From: a virus
DNA: 64,000 nt
Virus record (IMG/VR): IMGVR_UViG_3300027659_003120
Location: 27,817-91,816 of that record
Reading direction: 5' to 3' (one strand)
In this document: one piece after another, positions 38,387 through 48,080 of the stretch
Layout: every line of letters starts with the position of its first letter
Position numbering within the stretch: the stretch's first letter is position 1
Made by a program: the position numbers and the translations under genes
The notes under the pieces: model-generated
What the model saw: the letters and a program-made list of their open reading frames with translations, nothing else
Database searches by the model: none
Told to the model about the DNA's origin: nothing

Positions 38387-38394
38387 GGAATAGT

Positions 38395-38622
38395 ATGAAT
38401 ACATCTAAACTCGCCATGCAGGTCGCCACAGAAAATAACTTAAAGGGTTGTGCTTACAAGTACGATTTATTTTTGAGGGAGTATGATAATAAGGTAGAGT
38501 TGCTTGGATTAGTTGATGACCCAACTGTGAATTTTGAAGATTTTAGGGAGCGTGAAATGCTAATTCCAAAAAAATGGGTAACATTAAAGGTCCTCAGTGC
38601 AAAATATAAAGTACGAGTATGA
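38395..38622 (+). CDS. hypothetical protein
   Basis: AAGGA SD; ATGA overlap with gp43. Confidence 0.6.
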   Translation: MNTSKLAMQVATENNLKGCAYKYDLFLREYDNKVELLGLVDDPTVNFEDFREREMLIPKKWVTLKVLSAKYKVRV

Positions 38623-41153
38623 ATGATTTTTACACTAGTGTAATTTGTGTTGGTAACAACATTTTTTATCGTGGTGTAAAAAACAATAGGTCTGTAAAGC
38701 TTAAAATTGCTTACAAGCCTACTATATTTTTACCTGTCAATAAACCCACAGAATGGAAAAATTTACAGAATGAATATTTAGATAAACTTACTTTAGAATC
38801 AATTCGTGAATGTAGAGATTATGTTGAACGATATAAAGATGTAGATAACTTTAAAATTTATGGAAATACCCGTTATGAATATGCCTATATTGCTGATGAA
38901 TTCAAAGGTGCAATTGAATGGGATCAAACCAAGATTAACATTGCCATTATTGACATTGAAGTCGGTTCAGACAATGGCTTTCCTGACCCATACAAAGCAA
39001 ATGAACCAATCACAGCCATCGCAGTAAAAACTGTTGGTGGTAATATGAAAGTATATGGTTGCGGTGATTTTAATAATTCTCGTGATGATGTTGTATACTT
39101 CAAATGTAAAGATGAACATGACCTATGTAAACGATTTTTAGAAGATTGGCAATTGAACACGCCAGATATCATTACAGGCTGGAATACAAGGTTCTTTGAT
39201 ATTCCATATTTAATTAATCGGTTTACTAAAATTCTCGGTGAAAGTGAAATGAAAACTTTATCACCATGGGGATATATCACTGAACGAAAGATGGTAGTTC
39301 GTGGTCGTGAAATGATAGAATATGATATCTACGGAATATCTTCATTAGATTATATTGAATTGTACAGATGGTATGCTCCAGGTGGTAAGTCACAAGATTC
39401 TTATCGGTTAGATAATATTGCTCAAGTTGAACTTGGTGAAGGTAAAATTTCTTATGATGAATTTGAAAACTTGCACCAATTATACAGATTGAACTATCAA
39501 AAATTTATTGAATATAACATTAAAGACGTAGAGTTAATTTTAAAACTTGAAGATAAATTAAAACTGATTGAACTAGCATTAACATTGGCATATGATACTA
39601 AATCTAACTTCAATGATGTGTTTGCACAGACACGAATGTGGGATGCAATAATTTATAATTATTTATTTGAAAGAAAAATTATTGTTCCGCCAAAGACAAT
39701 TCAGAAAAAAGATTCTGCATTTGAAGGTGCTTATGTAAAAGAGCCTCAAATTGGTGTGCATGATTATGTTGCTAGTTTTGACTTGAATTCTTTGTACCCA
39801 CTTTTAATGGTACAATATAATATTTCACCCGAAACAGTAATTGATGTTCCTGATTATGATGATGATATGAGAAGAATTATTTCATCTGGTGTTTCTGTTG
39901 AAACCATGCTAAGTAAAAAAATTGATACTAGCACGTTTAATAACTACACACTTACACCAAACGGTCAATTCTTTCGTACGGATAAACAAGGTTTCTTACC
40001 TAAGATGCTGGAAGAAATGTATATAGACCGAAGTAAGTTTAAAAAGATGATGATTCAGTCTAAGAAAGAATATGAAATTGAAACTGACCCAACTAAAAGA
40101 AGAGATTTAGAAAAACGAATTGCTAGGTATGATAACCTACAACTCGCTAAAAAAGTCTCCTTAAATTCAGCTTATGGTGCAATGGGTTCTCAATATTTTA
40201 GATTTTTTGATTTAAGATTAGCATTAGGTGTCACTCAAGCCGGTCAACTTTCTATTCGCTGGATTGAAGATAAGTTAAATGGTTATATGAATAGATTATT
40301 GAAAACAAATGGTGTAGATTATGTTATCGCCTCGGATACAGATTCAATTTATCTCCGTCTTGGTGAATTGGTTGATAAGGTGTATTCTAAAAAGACGAAT
40401 GTTAATCAACTTATCTCCTTCATGGACCGTGTATGTGAAGATAAGTTACAACCATATATTGACGAAAGTTATCAGGAACTCGCTTCGTATGTTAATGCGT
40501 TTGCCCAAAAAATGCAAATGAAACGTGAAGGGCTTTCCGATAAAGGAATTTGGACAGCTAAGAAACGATACATCTTGAATGTGTATAATAATGAAGGTGT
40601 TCAATATTCGGTACCGCAGATGAAAGTCATGGGTCTTGAAATGATAAAGTCTTCCACTCCTTCTGCTATCCGAGATAAAATGAAAGAGACTATCAAATTA
40701 ATGGTAACAGGCACCGAAGATGAAGTGCAAGATTATATTGCAGATTTTCGCAAAGAATTTAAAAAACTGCCAATTGAAGAGATATCTTTTCCTCGCTCTG
40801 TAAATGGTCTAAAAACTTATACAGACAATATACTGATATACACTAAAGGCACTCCAATTCATGTAAAAGGTTCTTTGCTATACAACTATCTTTTAAATAA
40901 ACATAAATTAACAAATAAATATCCAATAATTAAAGAGGGTGAGAAACTTAAATTTACTTACTTAATTCAACCAAACCCAATCAATGATACTGTGATTTCA
41001 TACCCAAACAGATTACCTTCTGAATTTGGACTTGATGACTATATAAATTATGATTTACAGTTTGAAAAAGCATTTCTTGACCCAATAAAAATTATCCTCA
41101 ACTGTATGAATTGGCAAGCAGAAAAAACCAATTCACTATCTAACTTCTTCTAA
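38619..41153 (+). CDS. gp43: family B DNA polymerase gp43
   Basis: DIE exo I, GWNTRFFD, DLNSLYP, KVSLNSAYG, DTDS, KKRY; C-terminal clamp motif SLSNFF. Confidence 0.97.
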   Translation: MNDFYTSVICVGNNIFYRGVKNNRSVKLKIAYKPTIFLPVNKPTEWKNLQNEYLDKLTLESIRECRDYVERYKDVDNFKIYGNTRYEYAYIADEFKGAIEWDQTKINIAIIDIEVGSDNGFPDPYKANEPITAIAVKTVGGNMKVYGCGDFNNSRDDVVYFKCKDEHDLCKRFLEDWQLNTPDIITGWNTRFFDIPYLINRFTKILGESEMKTLSPWGYITERKMVVRGREMIEYDIYGISSLDYIELYRWYAPGGKSQDSYRLDNIAQVELGEGKISYDEFENLHQLYRLNYQKFIEYNIKDVELILKLEDKLKLIELALTLAYDTKSNFNDVFAQTRMWDAIIYNYLFERKIIVPPKTIQKKDSAFEGAYVKEPQIGVHDYVASFDLNSLYPLLMVQYNISPETVIDVPDYDDDMRRIISSGVSVETMLSKKIDTSTFNNYTLTPNGQFFRTDKQGFLPKMLEEMYIDRSKFKKMMIQSKKEYEIETDPTKRRDLEKRIARYDNLQLAKKVSLNSAYGAMGSQYFRFFDLRLALGVTQAGQLSIRWIEDKLNGYMNRLLKTNGVDYVIASDTDSIYLRLGELVDKVYSKKTNVNQLISFMDRVCEDKLQPYIDESYQELASYVNAFAQKMQMKREGLSDKGIWTAKKRYILNVYNNEGVQYSVPQMKVMGLEMIKSSTPSAIRDKMKETIKLMVTGTEDEVQDYIADFRKEFKKLPIEEISFPRSVNGLKTYTDNILIYTKGTPIHVKGSLLYNYLLNKHKLTNKYPIIKEGEKLKFTYLIQPNPINDTVISYPNRLPSEFGLDDYINYDLQFEKAFLDPIKIILNCMNWQAEKTNSLSNFF

Positions 41154-41161
41154 GGAATATT

Positions 41162-42226
41162 ATGTCTCTACTTGATAAAATTAAAAATAATTCTACTATT
41201 AAAAACAGTGCAATTTTATCTATTTCAAAGTTTTTCACTCAAAAGGATATGATACCGACTTCTATCCCAATGATTAATGTTGCGTTATCTGGAAAATTAA
41301 ATGGAGGTTTTACTCCTGGTATTACTATGTTTGCTGGACCATCTAAGCATTTTAAAACTGCGTTCAGTCTGCTAATGGCTAAATCTTATTTGGAAAAATA
41401 TCCAGAGTCTGTTATTATATTTTATGATTCTGAATTTGGTACACCACAATCTTATTTTGATACTTTTGATATTGATACAAATAGAGTTTTACATACTCCT
41501 TTAACAAATATTGAAGAACTTAAATTTGATATAATGAAACAACTTGAAGGCATTGAAAGAAACGAAAGGGTTATGATTATCATTGATTCAATTGGTAATT
41601 TAGCATCAAAGAAAGAAGTTGAAGATGCCCTTGATGGCAAATCTGTAGCAGATATGAGCCGAGCGAAACAAGTTAAAAGCTTATTTCGTATGGTAACGCC
41701 ACACCTAAACTTAAAAGATATTCCTATGGTTGTAGTGAATCATACATATAAAGAAATAGGAATGTTCCCTAAAGATATTGTTGGTGGTGGAACAGGAAGT
41801 TATTATTCAGCAGATAATATTTTTATTATTGGGCGCCAACAAGAGAAAGAAGGAACAGAAATTGTTGGATATAATTTCATCATTAATGTAGAGAAATCTA
41901 GAAATGTTAGAGAGAAATCTAAAATTCCAGTTTGTGTTTTATTTGAAGGTGGAATAAGTAAATGGTCTGGGTTACTTGAGAATGCATTAGAATCTGGTCA
42001 TGTTATTAAACCAACAAATGGATGGTATAGTAAAGTAGATAAAAATACTGGAGAAATTGGAACTAAGAAAAGATTATCCGACACTATGTCTGAAGAATTT
42101 TGGTCCGACATCCTTCTTAAAGAGGATTTTAATGAATTTGTAAGGAAAAAATATGAAATCGCTTATGGTAATATTATGGGAGATATTATGGGAGAAAATG
42201 ATGTTTTGGAATCTGAAAAAGCATAA
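41162..42226 (+). CDS. uvsX: RecA-like recombinase UvsX
   Basis: GPSKHFKT, YDSEFG, DSIGNLASKKE, GGTG. Confidence 0.96.
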   Translation: MSLLDKIKNNSTIKNSAILSISKFFTQKDMIPTSIPMINVALSGKLNGGFTPGITMFAGPSKHFKTAFSLLMAKSYLEKYPESVIIFYDSEFGTPQSYFDTFDIDTNRVLHTPLTNIEELKFDIMKQLEGIERNERVMIIIDSIGNLASKKEVEDALDGKSVADMSRAKQVKSLFRMVTPHLNLKDIPMVVVNHTYKEIGMFPKDIVGGGTGSYYSADNIFIIGRQQEKEGTEIVGYNFIINVEKSRNVREKSKIPVCVLFEGGISKWSGLLENALESGHVIKPTNGWYSKVDKNTGEIGTKKRLSDTMSEEFWSDILLKEDFNEFVRKKYEIAYGNIMGDIMGENDVLESEKA

Positions 42227-42539
42227 AAAATTCAAAGAAAATATAGATTATAAATTTCATAATTTTCCAGACACAGATTTAACTGGCATAGAAATTCTTC
42301 GGACTGAATATAAAGGCATCGTATATTATTATACCTATGCTAGTGTTTCGGAAGATATTAATATGGCTAATTTGAAATTTGGATATCATGTAGTAAATAC
42401 AATGAAATATGATAAAAATGACTTGAATAATGATGCAAAGTTTGTTACAATGTTAGGTGACATACTTACTGAACTAATTTTAACGGAAGAAAAACTTGAA
42501 CCGACTAGAACTTTCTATTCTGAAAAATCTGATATATGA
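42198..42539 (+). CDS. hypothetical protein (gp40 position)
   Basis: Between uvsX and gp41; GGAG SD; MLGDILTELI. Confidence 0.55.
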   Translation: MMFWNLKKHKKFKENIDYKFHNFPDTDLTGIEILRTEYKGIVYYYTYASVSEDINMANLKFGYHVVNTMKYDKNDLNNDAKFVTMLGDILTELILTEEKLEPTRTFYSEKSDI

Positions 42540-43896
42540 TGAGGAATATACTAGAAGAGTATTACCTTTTATAGAATCAGAATATTTTTCTGACCAAAAC
42601 GAGAGAAATGTCTACATTGAAATAAAATCATTTGTAGAACAATATAAGAATTTACCAACATACGAATCTTTAGTAATTAATTTTACAGAAAGTAAAAAAT
42701 TAACCGAAGAACAGGTTCGCAATTCAATTGAAATTCTAAAATCATTAAAAGACAATAAAAATGAACCAACAAACATTGAATGGCTAACTGAAAATACAGA
42801 AAAGTTTTGCCAAGATAAAGCACTATATAATGCAATCATGGAATCAGTTACGATTCTAGATGACAAGAGCAGCAAAAAAGCAAAAGGTGAAATACCAAAA
42901 ATTCTTTCTGATGCGCTAGGCGTGTCTTTTGATAGAAATGTTGGTCACGATTATATAAGTGATTATGAAAGCCGATTTGAATTCTATCATAGAAAAGAAG
43001 AAAGAATTCCTTTTGATTTAGATTATTTCAATCGTATCACTAATGGTGGGTTACCTAATAAAACTCTTAACATTGCTCTAGCAGGTACTGGTGTTGGTAA
43101 AAGTTTGTTTATGTGCCATGTAGCCGCAGGATGTATTTCTCAAGGCACAGATGTTTTGTATATCACATTAGAAATGGCAGAAGAAAAAATTGCAGAACGA
43201 ATTGATGCAAATCTTCTAAATTTAAAACTAGATGATTTACATTTAATATCTAAAGAAGATTATAATCGTAAATTTATAAATCTAAAAAGCAAAACACAAG
43301 GTAAATTAATCATCAAAGAATATCCAACTGCTAGTGCTGGTTCTATGCATTTTCGTTCTTTACTAAATGAATTGCAATTGAAAAAAAACTTTCGCCCAAA
43401 AATTATCTTTATTGATTATTTAAATATATGTTGCTCTTCTAGATTGAAGCAGGGCGCTAATGTAAATTCATACACTTATATTAAAGCAATTGCAGAAGAA
43501 TTGCGAGGCCTTGCGGTAGAATTTAATGTGCCAGTTGTTTCAGCTACACAAACTACAAGGTCTGGTTTTTCTAATTCTGATGTAGATTTAACAGATACTT
43601 CCGAATCTTTTGGTTTACCTGCTACCGCTGACTTTATGTTTGCATTAATTAATACCGAAGAATTGGAGCAACTGAACCAGATTATGGTAAAACAGTTGAA
43701 AAATAGATATAATGACCCTAGTATTAATAAAAAGTTTGTAATTGGTGTTGACCGCTCAAAGATGAGATTATATGATGTTGAGATTGATGCACAGAAAATT
43801 GTAGATTCCGGTCAAGTTCCTGATGATAAACCATTAAATACTTTCGGAAATCGTGAGAGAAAATTCAACTCTAAGTTTGAGGGTGTGCGTGTATAA
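42496..43896 (+). CDS. gp41: replicative helicase gp41 (TTG start)
   Basis: AGTGVGKS, TLEMAEE, IDYLNIC, SATQTTR, SESFGLPATAD, KQLKNRY. Confidence 0.96.
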   Translation: MNRLELSILKNLIYDEEYTRRVLPFIESEYFSDQNERNVYIEIKSFVEQYKNLPTYESLVINFTESKKLTEEQVRNSIEILKSLKDNKNEPTNIEWLTENTEKFCQDKALYNAIMESVTILDDKSSKKAKGEIPKILSDALGVSFDRNVGHDYISDYESRFEFYHRKEERIPFDLDYFNRITNGGLPNKTLNIALAGTGVGKSLFMCHVAAGCISQGTDVLYITLEMAEEKIAERIDANLLNLKLDDLHLISKEDYNRKFINLKSKTQGKLIIKEYPTASAGSMHFRSLLNELQLKKNFRPKIIFIDYLNICCSSRLKQGANVNSYTYIKAIAEELRGLAVEFNVPVVSATQTTRSGFSNSDVDLTDTSESFGLPATADFMFALINTEELEQLNQIMVKQLKNRYNDPSINKKFVIGVDRSKMRLYDVEIDAQKIVDSGQVPDDKPLNTFGNRERKFNSKFEGVRV

Positions 43897-43909
43897 GTAA
43901 TTTTTTCTA

Positions 43910-43917
43910 TATAAATA
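43910..43917 (+). promoter_or_regulatory. late promoter TATAAATA
   Basis: Exact consensus in intergenic gap. Confidence 0.75.
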
Positions 43918-43941
43918 TATGATTAATTGACGGAGAGTAAT

Positions 43942-44967
43942 ATGGCAGACTTGGGTAGCAAATCAACCGATGGTAGATTATCGTTCGTCAAGTATGTGAC
44001 GGATAATAAGCGATACGCTGAGGTTGAATACGAAATTGAAAAAGGTGCTGACGCCACAGTATTCACAAAAAGAGGTACTGAATTGGTTGCGCTACCTAAA
44101 GCATTAAGAGCCGGCACGAAGATAAGCATAATTGATACAAAGATGTACGACATTGAGGGCAAAAAACTCGCTTCAATAAAAACAGGCTCAGTCAAAGGCT
44201 TTGTTGCAATTAATAGAATCAGAAAACCCACAGCCGGCAACGGCACACAGTATGAAGACGAAGTTGTAGATGCCATTAATAATTTTATTCTAGAGTTCGG
44301 TTGCCCTATCAATATCAAATTAAGAGGTGACACTACTGTATATAAAGAAATTGCATATGCAGTTAAAGTTGATTCTGCATTGAAGAGCAAAGGTGGCGTC
44401 AAAGGTGATCCTAAAGCAGATATTATTTTATGTAAAGATATCAAGAATCCAATGGGCTCAGGATCAATCTATGTGTCACATAAAAAGGAAGGTGGTCCAG
44501 AAGCGTTTCAACAGTACGGCGGTTTGTCGGAGCAAGCCGGTGCTGATATTGCCAATCATCCGTTAGTGCAAAAGTTTTTAGGTAAAGTCGTGGAAGTTCT
44601 AGCAGGATCAAATCAATTGCCCACCCCCGTTATGGCGTCATTCAAAAACGACAATCTTGCAAATATGTCCATATATGGACCAGATTATGGTAAAAAATTC
44701 TCGCTACAGCATACACAAGTGATCGGGCAAGGTAAACCTAAATTCACTCAGAAAGGCAATAATCATGAACTAGACTTTACTAGTCATATGAGTTTATCTG
44801 GTGATCTATCTCACTTTAAGGCAGGATATTTGCCAGTTTTCGGTGCAACATTTCGTGCGGGACGTGGATTTGTTTTTAAGGGCAAGCGATACAACGGCGC
44901 TCGTGTCGCTATCTATCCATACAAACTGATGGCTACTCGTGGTGGTTTAGTAATGTTCAAACTCTAG
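43942..44967 (+). CDS. putative PD-(D/E)xK nuclease-like protein
   Basis: QYEDE helix, PKADII, YVSHK, FQQYGG; GGAG SD before ATG 43942. Confidence 0.5.
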   Translation: MADLGSKSTDGRLSFVKYVTDNKRYAEVEYEIEKGADATVFTKRGTELVALPKALRAGTKISIIDTKMYDIEGKKLASIKTGSVKGFVAINRIRKPTAGNGTQYEDEVVDAINNFILEFGCPINIKLRGDTTVYKEIAYAVKVDSALKSKGGVKGDPKADIILCKDIKNPMGSGSIYVSHKKEGGPEAFQQYGGLSEQAGADIANHPLVQKFLGKVVEVLAGSNQLPTPVMASFKNDNLANMSIYGPDYGKKFSLQHTQVIGQGKPKFTQKGNNHELDFTSHMSLSGDLSHFKAGYLPVFGATFRAGRGFVFKGKRYNGARVAIYPYKLMATRGGLVMFKL

Positions 44968-45005
44968 GATGTTATATCTAAACTATAAATCAGAAACAAA
45001 GAAAT

Positions 45006-46241
45006 ATGAAATTTAAAGACTTTTTAATTGAGGGCGCAAAAAAAGAAGGTGCCAATCTTCATTTGGAACATATTGAGGACCAAGTTTTAAACCGCGGTGT
45101 CGCTGGCGCTAGAGAAGCAATTAATTTTTTGCGTTCTTTGCGTGATATGCTTGCTGGGCACTCAGAAACCAAAGTAAATGTTACCACTAAATGGGATGGT
45201 GCACCTGCGGTTTTTTGTGGAATTAATCCAGACAACGGTAAGTTTTTTGTAGGCACCAAAGGTGTTTTCAATGCAAATCCTAAACTTAACTATACTGAAG
45301 ATGATATTGATAACAATCATTCATCGCCGGGTTTAAATGCTAAATTAAAAGTTGCATTAAGGTATTTACCGAAATTGGGTATCACTGGAATATTACAGGG
45401 TGATATGATGTTCTCTAAGGGTGATATAAAAAAACAAACTATAGATGCACAATCCTATATTACTTTTCAACCTAACACTATTGTATATGCTGTTCCGTCA
45501 AATACAAAATTATCACAATCAATGTTAGCAGCACAAATGGGAATTGTTTTTCACACTTCATATACTGGCAAAAGATTTTCAGATATGAAGGCATCATTTA
45601 ACATTGATATTAATAATTTAAAAACAACTAAAGATGTTTGGTTTCGTGATGCATATTTTATTGACGCATCTGGTACAGCATCATTTACTGAAAAAGAAAC
45701 AAAAGATATTACATACATATTATCTCAAGCAGGCACTATTTTTCAGAAAATTAATCATTTAACTTTGAATAAAATTGCTACTTCAGAAAGTATTTTAGTT
45801 CAAATTAAAACTTTCAACAATACGAAAGTTCGTGAAGGTGAAGCAATCAAAGATACATATAAACATACTCAAGAATTAGTAAGATGGGTAGAATCTAGAT
45901 TCAATAAAGAAATTTTAGATGCTAAAAAAGAAGAAACTAAACTAAAACGCCAATCTGAAAAAAATGAGATTATGCGTTTTTATAGAAATAATGGAAACGA
46001 ATTAAAAAATATATTTGATTTAATGAACATGCTTGTAGATTCAAAAAACATGATTGTTAAAAAATTACAAGGAATGAAACAGGTAACTGATACATTCTTA
46101 AAAACTGATACCGGGTTTAAAGTTACAAATCCAGAAGGTTTTGTGGCTGTAGATAAATTAACTGGCGGAGCTGTAAAGTTGATTGATAGACTAGAATTTG
46201 CCTATGCCAATTTTACTGCCGCTAAAGCTTGGACAAAATAA
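45006..46241 (+). CDS. DUF6267-like protein with ligase-type KxDG motif
   Basis: HLEHIED, TTKWDGAPA, QGDMMF, EGFV, VKLIDRLEF resemble nucleotidyltransferase motifs I, III, IV, V. Confidence 0.65.
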   Translation: MKFKDFLIEGAKKEGANLHLEHIEDQVLNRGVAGAREAINFLRSLRDMLAGHSETKVNVTTKWDGAPAVFCGINPDNGKFFVGTKGVFNANPKLNYTEDDIDNNHSSPGLNAKLKVALRYLPKLGITGILQGDMMFSKGDIKKQTIDAQSYITFQPNTIVYAVPSNTKLSQSMLAAQMGIVFHTSYTGKRFSDMKASFNIDINNLKTTKDVWFRDAYFIDASGTASFTEKETKDITYILSQAGTIFQKINHLTLNKIATSESILVQIKTFNNTKVREGEAIKDTYKHTQELVRWVESRFNKEILDAKKEETKLKRQSEKNEIMRFYRNNGNELKNIFDLMNMLVDSKNMIVKKLQGMKQVTDTFLKTDTGFKVTNPEGFVAVDKLTGGAVKLIDRLEFAYANFTAAKAWTK

Positions 46242-46522
46242 TGGCTGATAAAAAATATGATTTAACCGAGATTATGAAAGAGTATGGTGATGCCGATTTT
46301 GGTTTTACCGCTACAGATGAAGAAGAGTATAATTCCGTCATTGCAGAAAAAGAAGAAACTGTAGAAGAATATAAACAAAGATTGCACGAAGTTGAAAAAT
46401 TAGTTTTGCCGTTTCTAACTAAACTATTAAAAACTGCTGACCAACCAATTATAAAATGGCCAAATCGCAAACCAATGATAGAAGCGCAAATACAAAAGAT
46501 ATTGAATTTGACAAGAGGTTGA
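46241..46522 (+). CDS. hypothetical protein
   Basis: TAATG coupling; DFGFTA..EEE, IKWPNR. Confidence 0.65.
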   Translation: MADKKYDLTEIMKEYGDADFGFTATDEEEYNSVIAEKEETVEEYKQRLHEVEKLVLPFLTKLLKTADQPIIKWPNRKPMIEAQIQKILNLTRG

Positions 46523-46558
46523 CAATAATTTAAATATATATAATGTAAGGAGTATATT

Positions 46559-47401
46559 ATGAAAGATTTGATAATCGGATGTAGCACTGGCTATAATTGG
46601 AATACCCTAAAGTATTGGGTTAATTCTATCAATAAAACTGGTTTTGAGGGTGACAAAGTACTCATCCTCATGAACTGCGACTTAGAAACTGCAACAAAAG
46701 TTAATAATGCAGGATTCAAAGTTATAGGTTTTAATCAAGACGCAAATGGTAATTTAATTTATCAACATGGTAAAATACCAGTACATGTTGAAAGATTTTT
46801 ACACATCTATGAACACCTATGTCAAAATGAATATCGGTATGTAATTACAACTGATGTTAAAGATGTAATATTTCAGAAAAATCCATTCACCGAATTACAT
46901 AAACACATTCTCGGGCAAAGACAAAATCTTGCGTTTGCTTCCGAAAGCATTCGGTATAAAGATGAGCCGTGGGGAAATCAAAATTTACTTGAGACATATG
47001 GCAATTACATTTATGAAAAATTTAAAGACATAGAAATATATAATGTTGGTGTTTTAGCTGGTCGTGGATTTGCTATGCGAGATTTAGCAATCAACATTTT
47101 CACTGCTGCTATAAATCGCCCAATTCCTATTTGTGACCAATCAACATTTAATTTTATGATTTCGCAAGAGCCATATAAAAGCACAGCCAGATATTGTAAA
47201 TCTGAGGATGCTTGGGCTTGTCAATTAGGAGTAACCGCAGACCCAAGTAAAATTGAATCGTTCAAACCATTCTTACTTGAACCAATTCCTCGTATGGAAA
47301 ATAATAAGGTAGTAACATCTACAGGAAAAGAATTCACTATCGTTCACCAGTATGATAGAGTTCCTGAGTGGCGTAAAATCATTGAGGACACTTATGCTTG
47401 A
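46559..47401 (+). CDS. GT-A glycosyltransferase-like protein
   Basis: TTDVKDVIFQKNP, DQSTFN, IVHQYDR. Confidence 0.7.
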   Translation: MKDLIIGCSTGYNWNTLKYWVNSINKTGFEGDKVLILMNCDLETATKVNNAGFKVIGFNQDANGNLIYQHGKIPVHVERFLHIYEHLCQNEYRYVITTDVKDVIFQKNPFTELHKHILGQRQNLAFASESIRYKDEPWGNQNLLETYGNYIYEKFKDIEIYNVGVLAGRGFAMRDLAINIFTAAINRPIPICDQSTFNFMISQEPYKSTARYCKSEDAWACQLGVTADPSKIESFKPFLLEPIPRMENNKVVTSTGKEFTIVHQYDRVPEWRKIIEDTYA

Positions 47402-48080
47402 TGGTATTTTTTTTGTTTCTTCGGCATTAAATGTAAAACAACTATCTGTCTTTAGTAATGATGAGCGGTATCATCAAACGGTAAATACGATTAATTCTAT
47501 TGACAAATACTGCCCAAATAATGTAAAATATATGTTTGATACATCATATCAAATTCCAGATGAAAATTACATAGAAGGTATAAAAAAACTAGGAGTTAAT
47601 TTTGCATGGGTTGGTTATAATGATACTGTACAAAGACTATCCGAACAAGGTTCAAGAAGTTTAGCAGAGACCATAGGTTTTGATATGATTCTTAATGAAT
47701 TTTTATTAAATAGGGTAGAAAGTAAAAGAGTTTATAAAATATCAGGTCGGTATCAATTAAATGATAACTTCACATTAAACCGAGAAGATTTTAAAGATTC
47801 TTTTGTTTTTTTACCTACTGTAAATTCTTGGATGCCTAAACACCATCAAGAATTTGCAGAAGTTGATAGAATATTTGAACTCAGATTATGGCATATGGAC
47901 TATAATTTACTTGACACATTCAAAAAAGAAGTGTATAATATACTAAATGATATGGTAAAATATAATATTGATGTTGAACATTCTTATTATAAGAACCTTA
48001 ACAAGTATAAATGGACAACAATTAACCCTATAGGATTAGAAGGTGTGATAGCACCAACAGGAGCAATTATTAATGAGTAA
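47394..48080 (+). CDS. hypothetical protein, possible glycosyltransferase
   Basis: YKISGRY motif; GAGG SD; cluster context. Confidence 0.5.
   Translation: MLDGIFFVSSALNVKQLSVFSNDERYHQTVNTINSIDKYCPNNVKYMFDTSYQIPDENYIEGIKKLGVNFAWVGYNDTVQRLSEQGSRSLAETIGFDMILNEFLLNRVESKRVYKISGRYQLNDNFTLNREDFKDSFVFLPTVNSWMPKHHQEFAEVDRIFELRLWHMDYNLLDTFKKEVYNILNDMVKYNIDVEHSYYKNLNKYKWTTINPIGLEGVIAPTGAIINE

Noticed and set aside
39775-39815. Polymerase motif A variant DLNSLYPL as sign of modified-base replication
   Set aside because: Catalytic D and steric-gate Y are intact; one substitution is not interpretable without an alignment.
42171-42195. 12-bp tandem duplication at the end of uvsX
   Set aside because: In-frame micro-duplication in a variable tail; no evident function.
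38619-43896. Introns or inteins in gp43, uvsX, gp41 (also gp17, gp20, gp23)
   Set aside because: Uninterrupted frames of ordinary length with no intein-type insertions seen.
46508-46544. Sigma70 promoter for the sugar cluster
   Set aside because: Two TTGACA and one TATAAT are present but spacings are 14 and 25 nt; not called.
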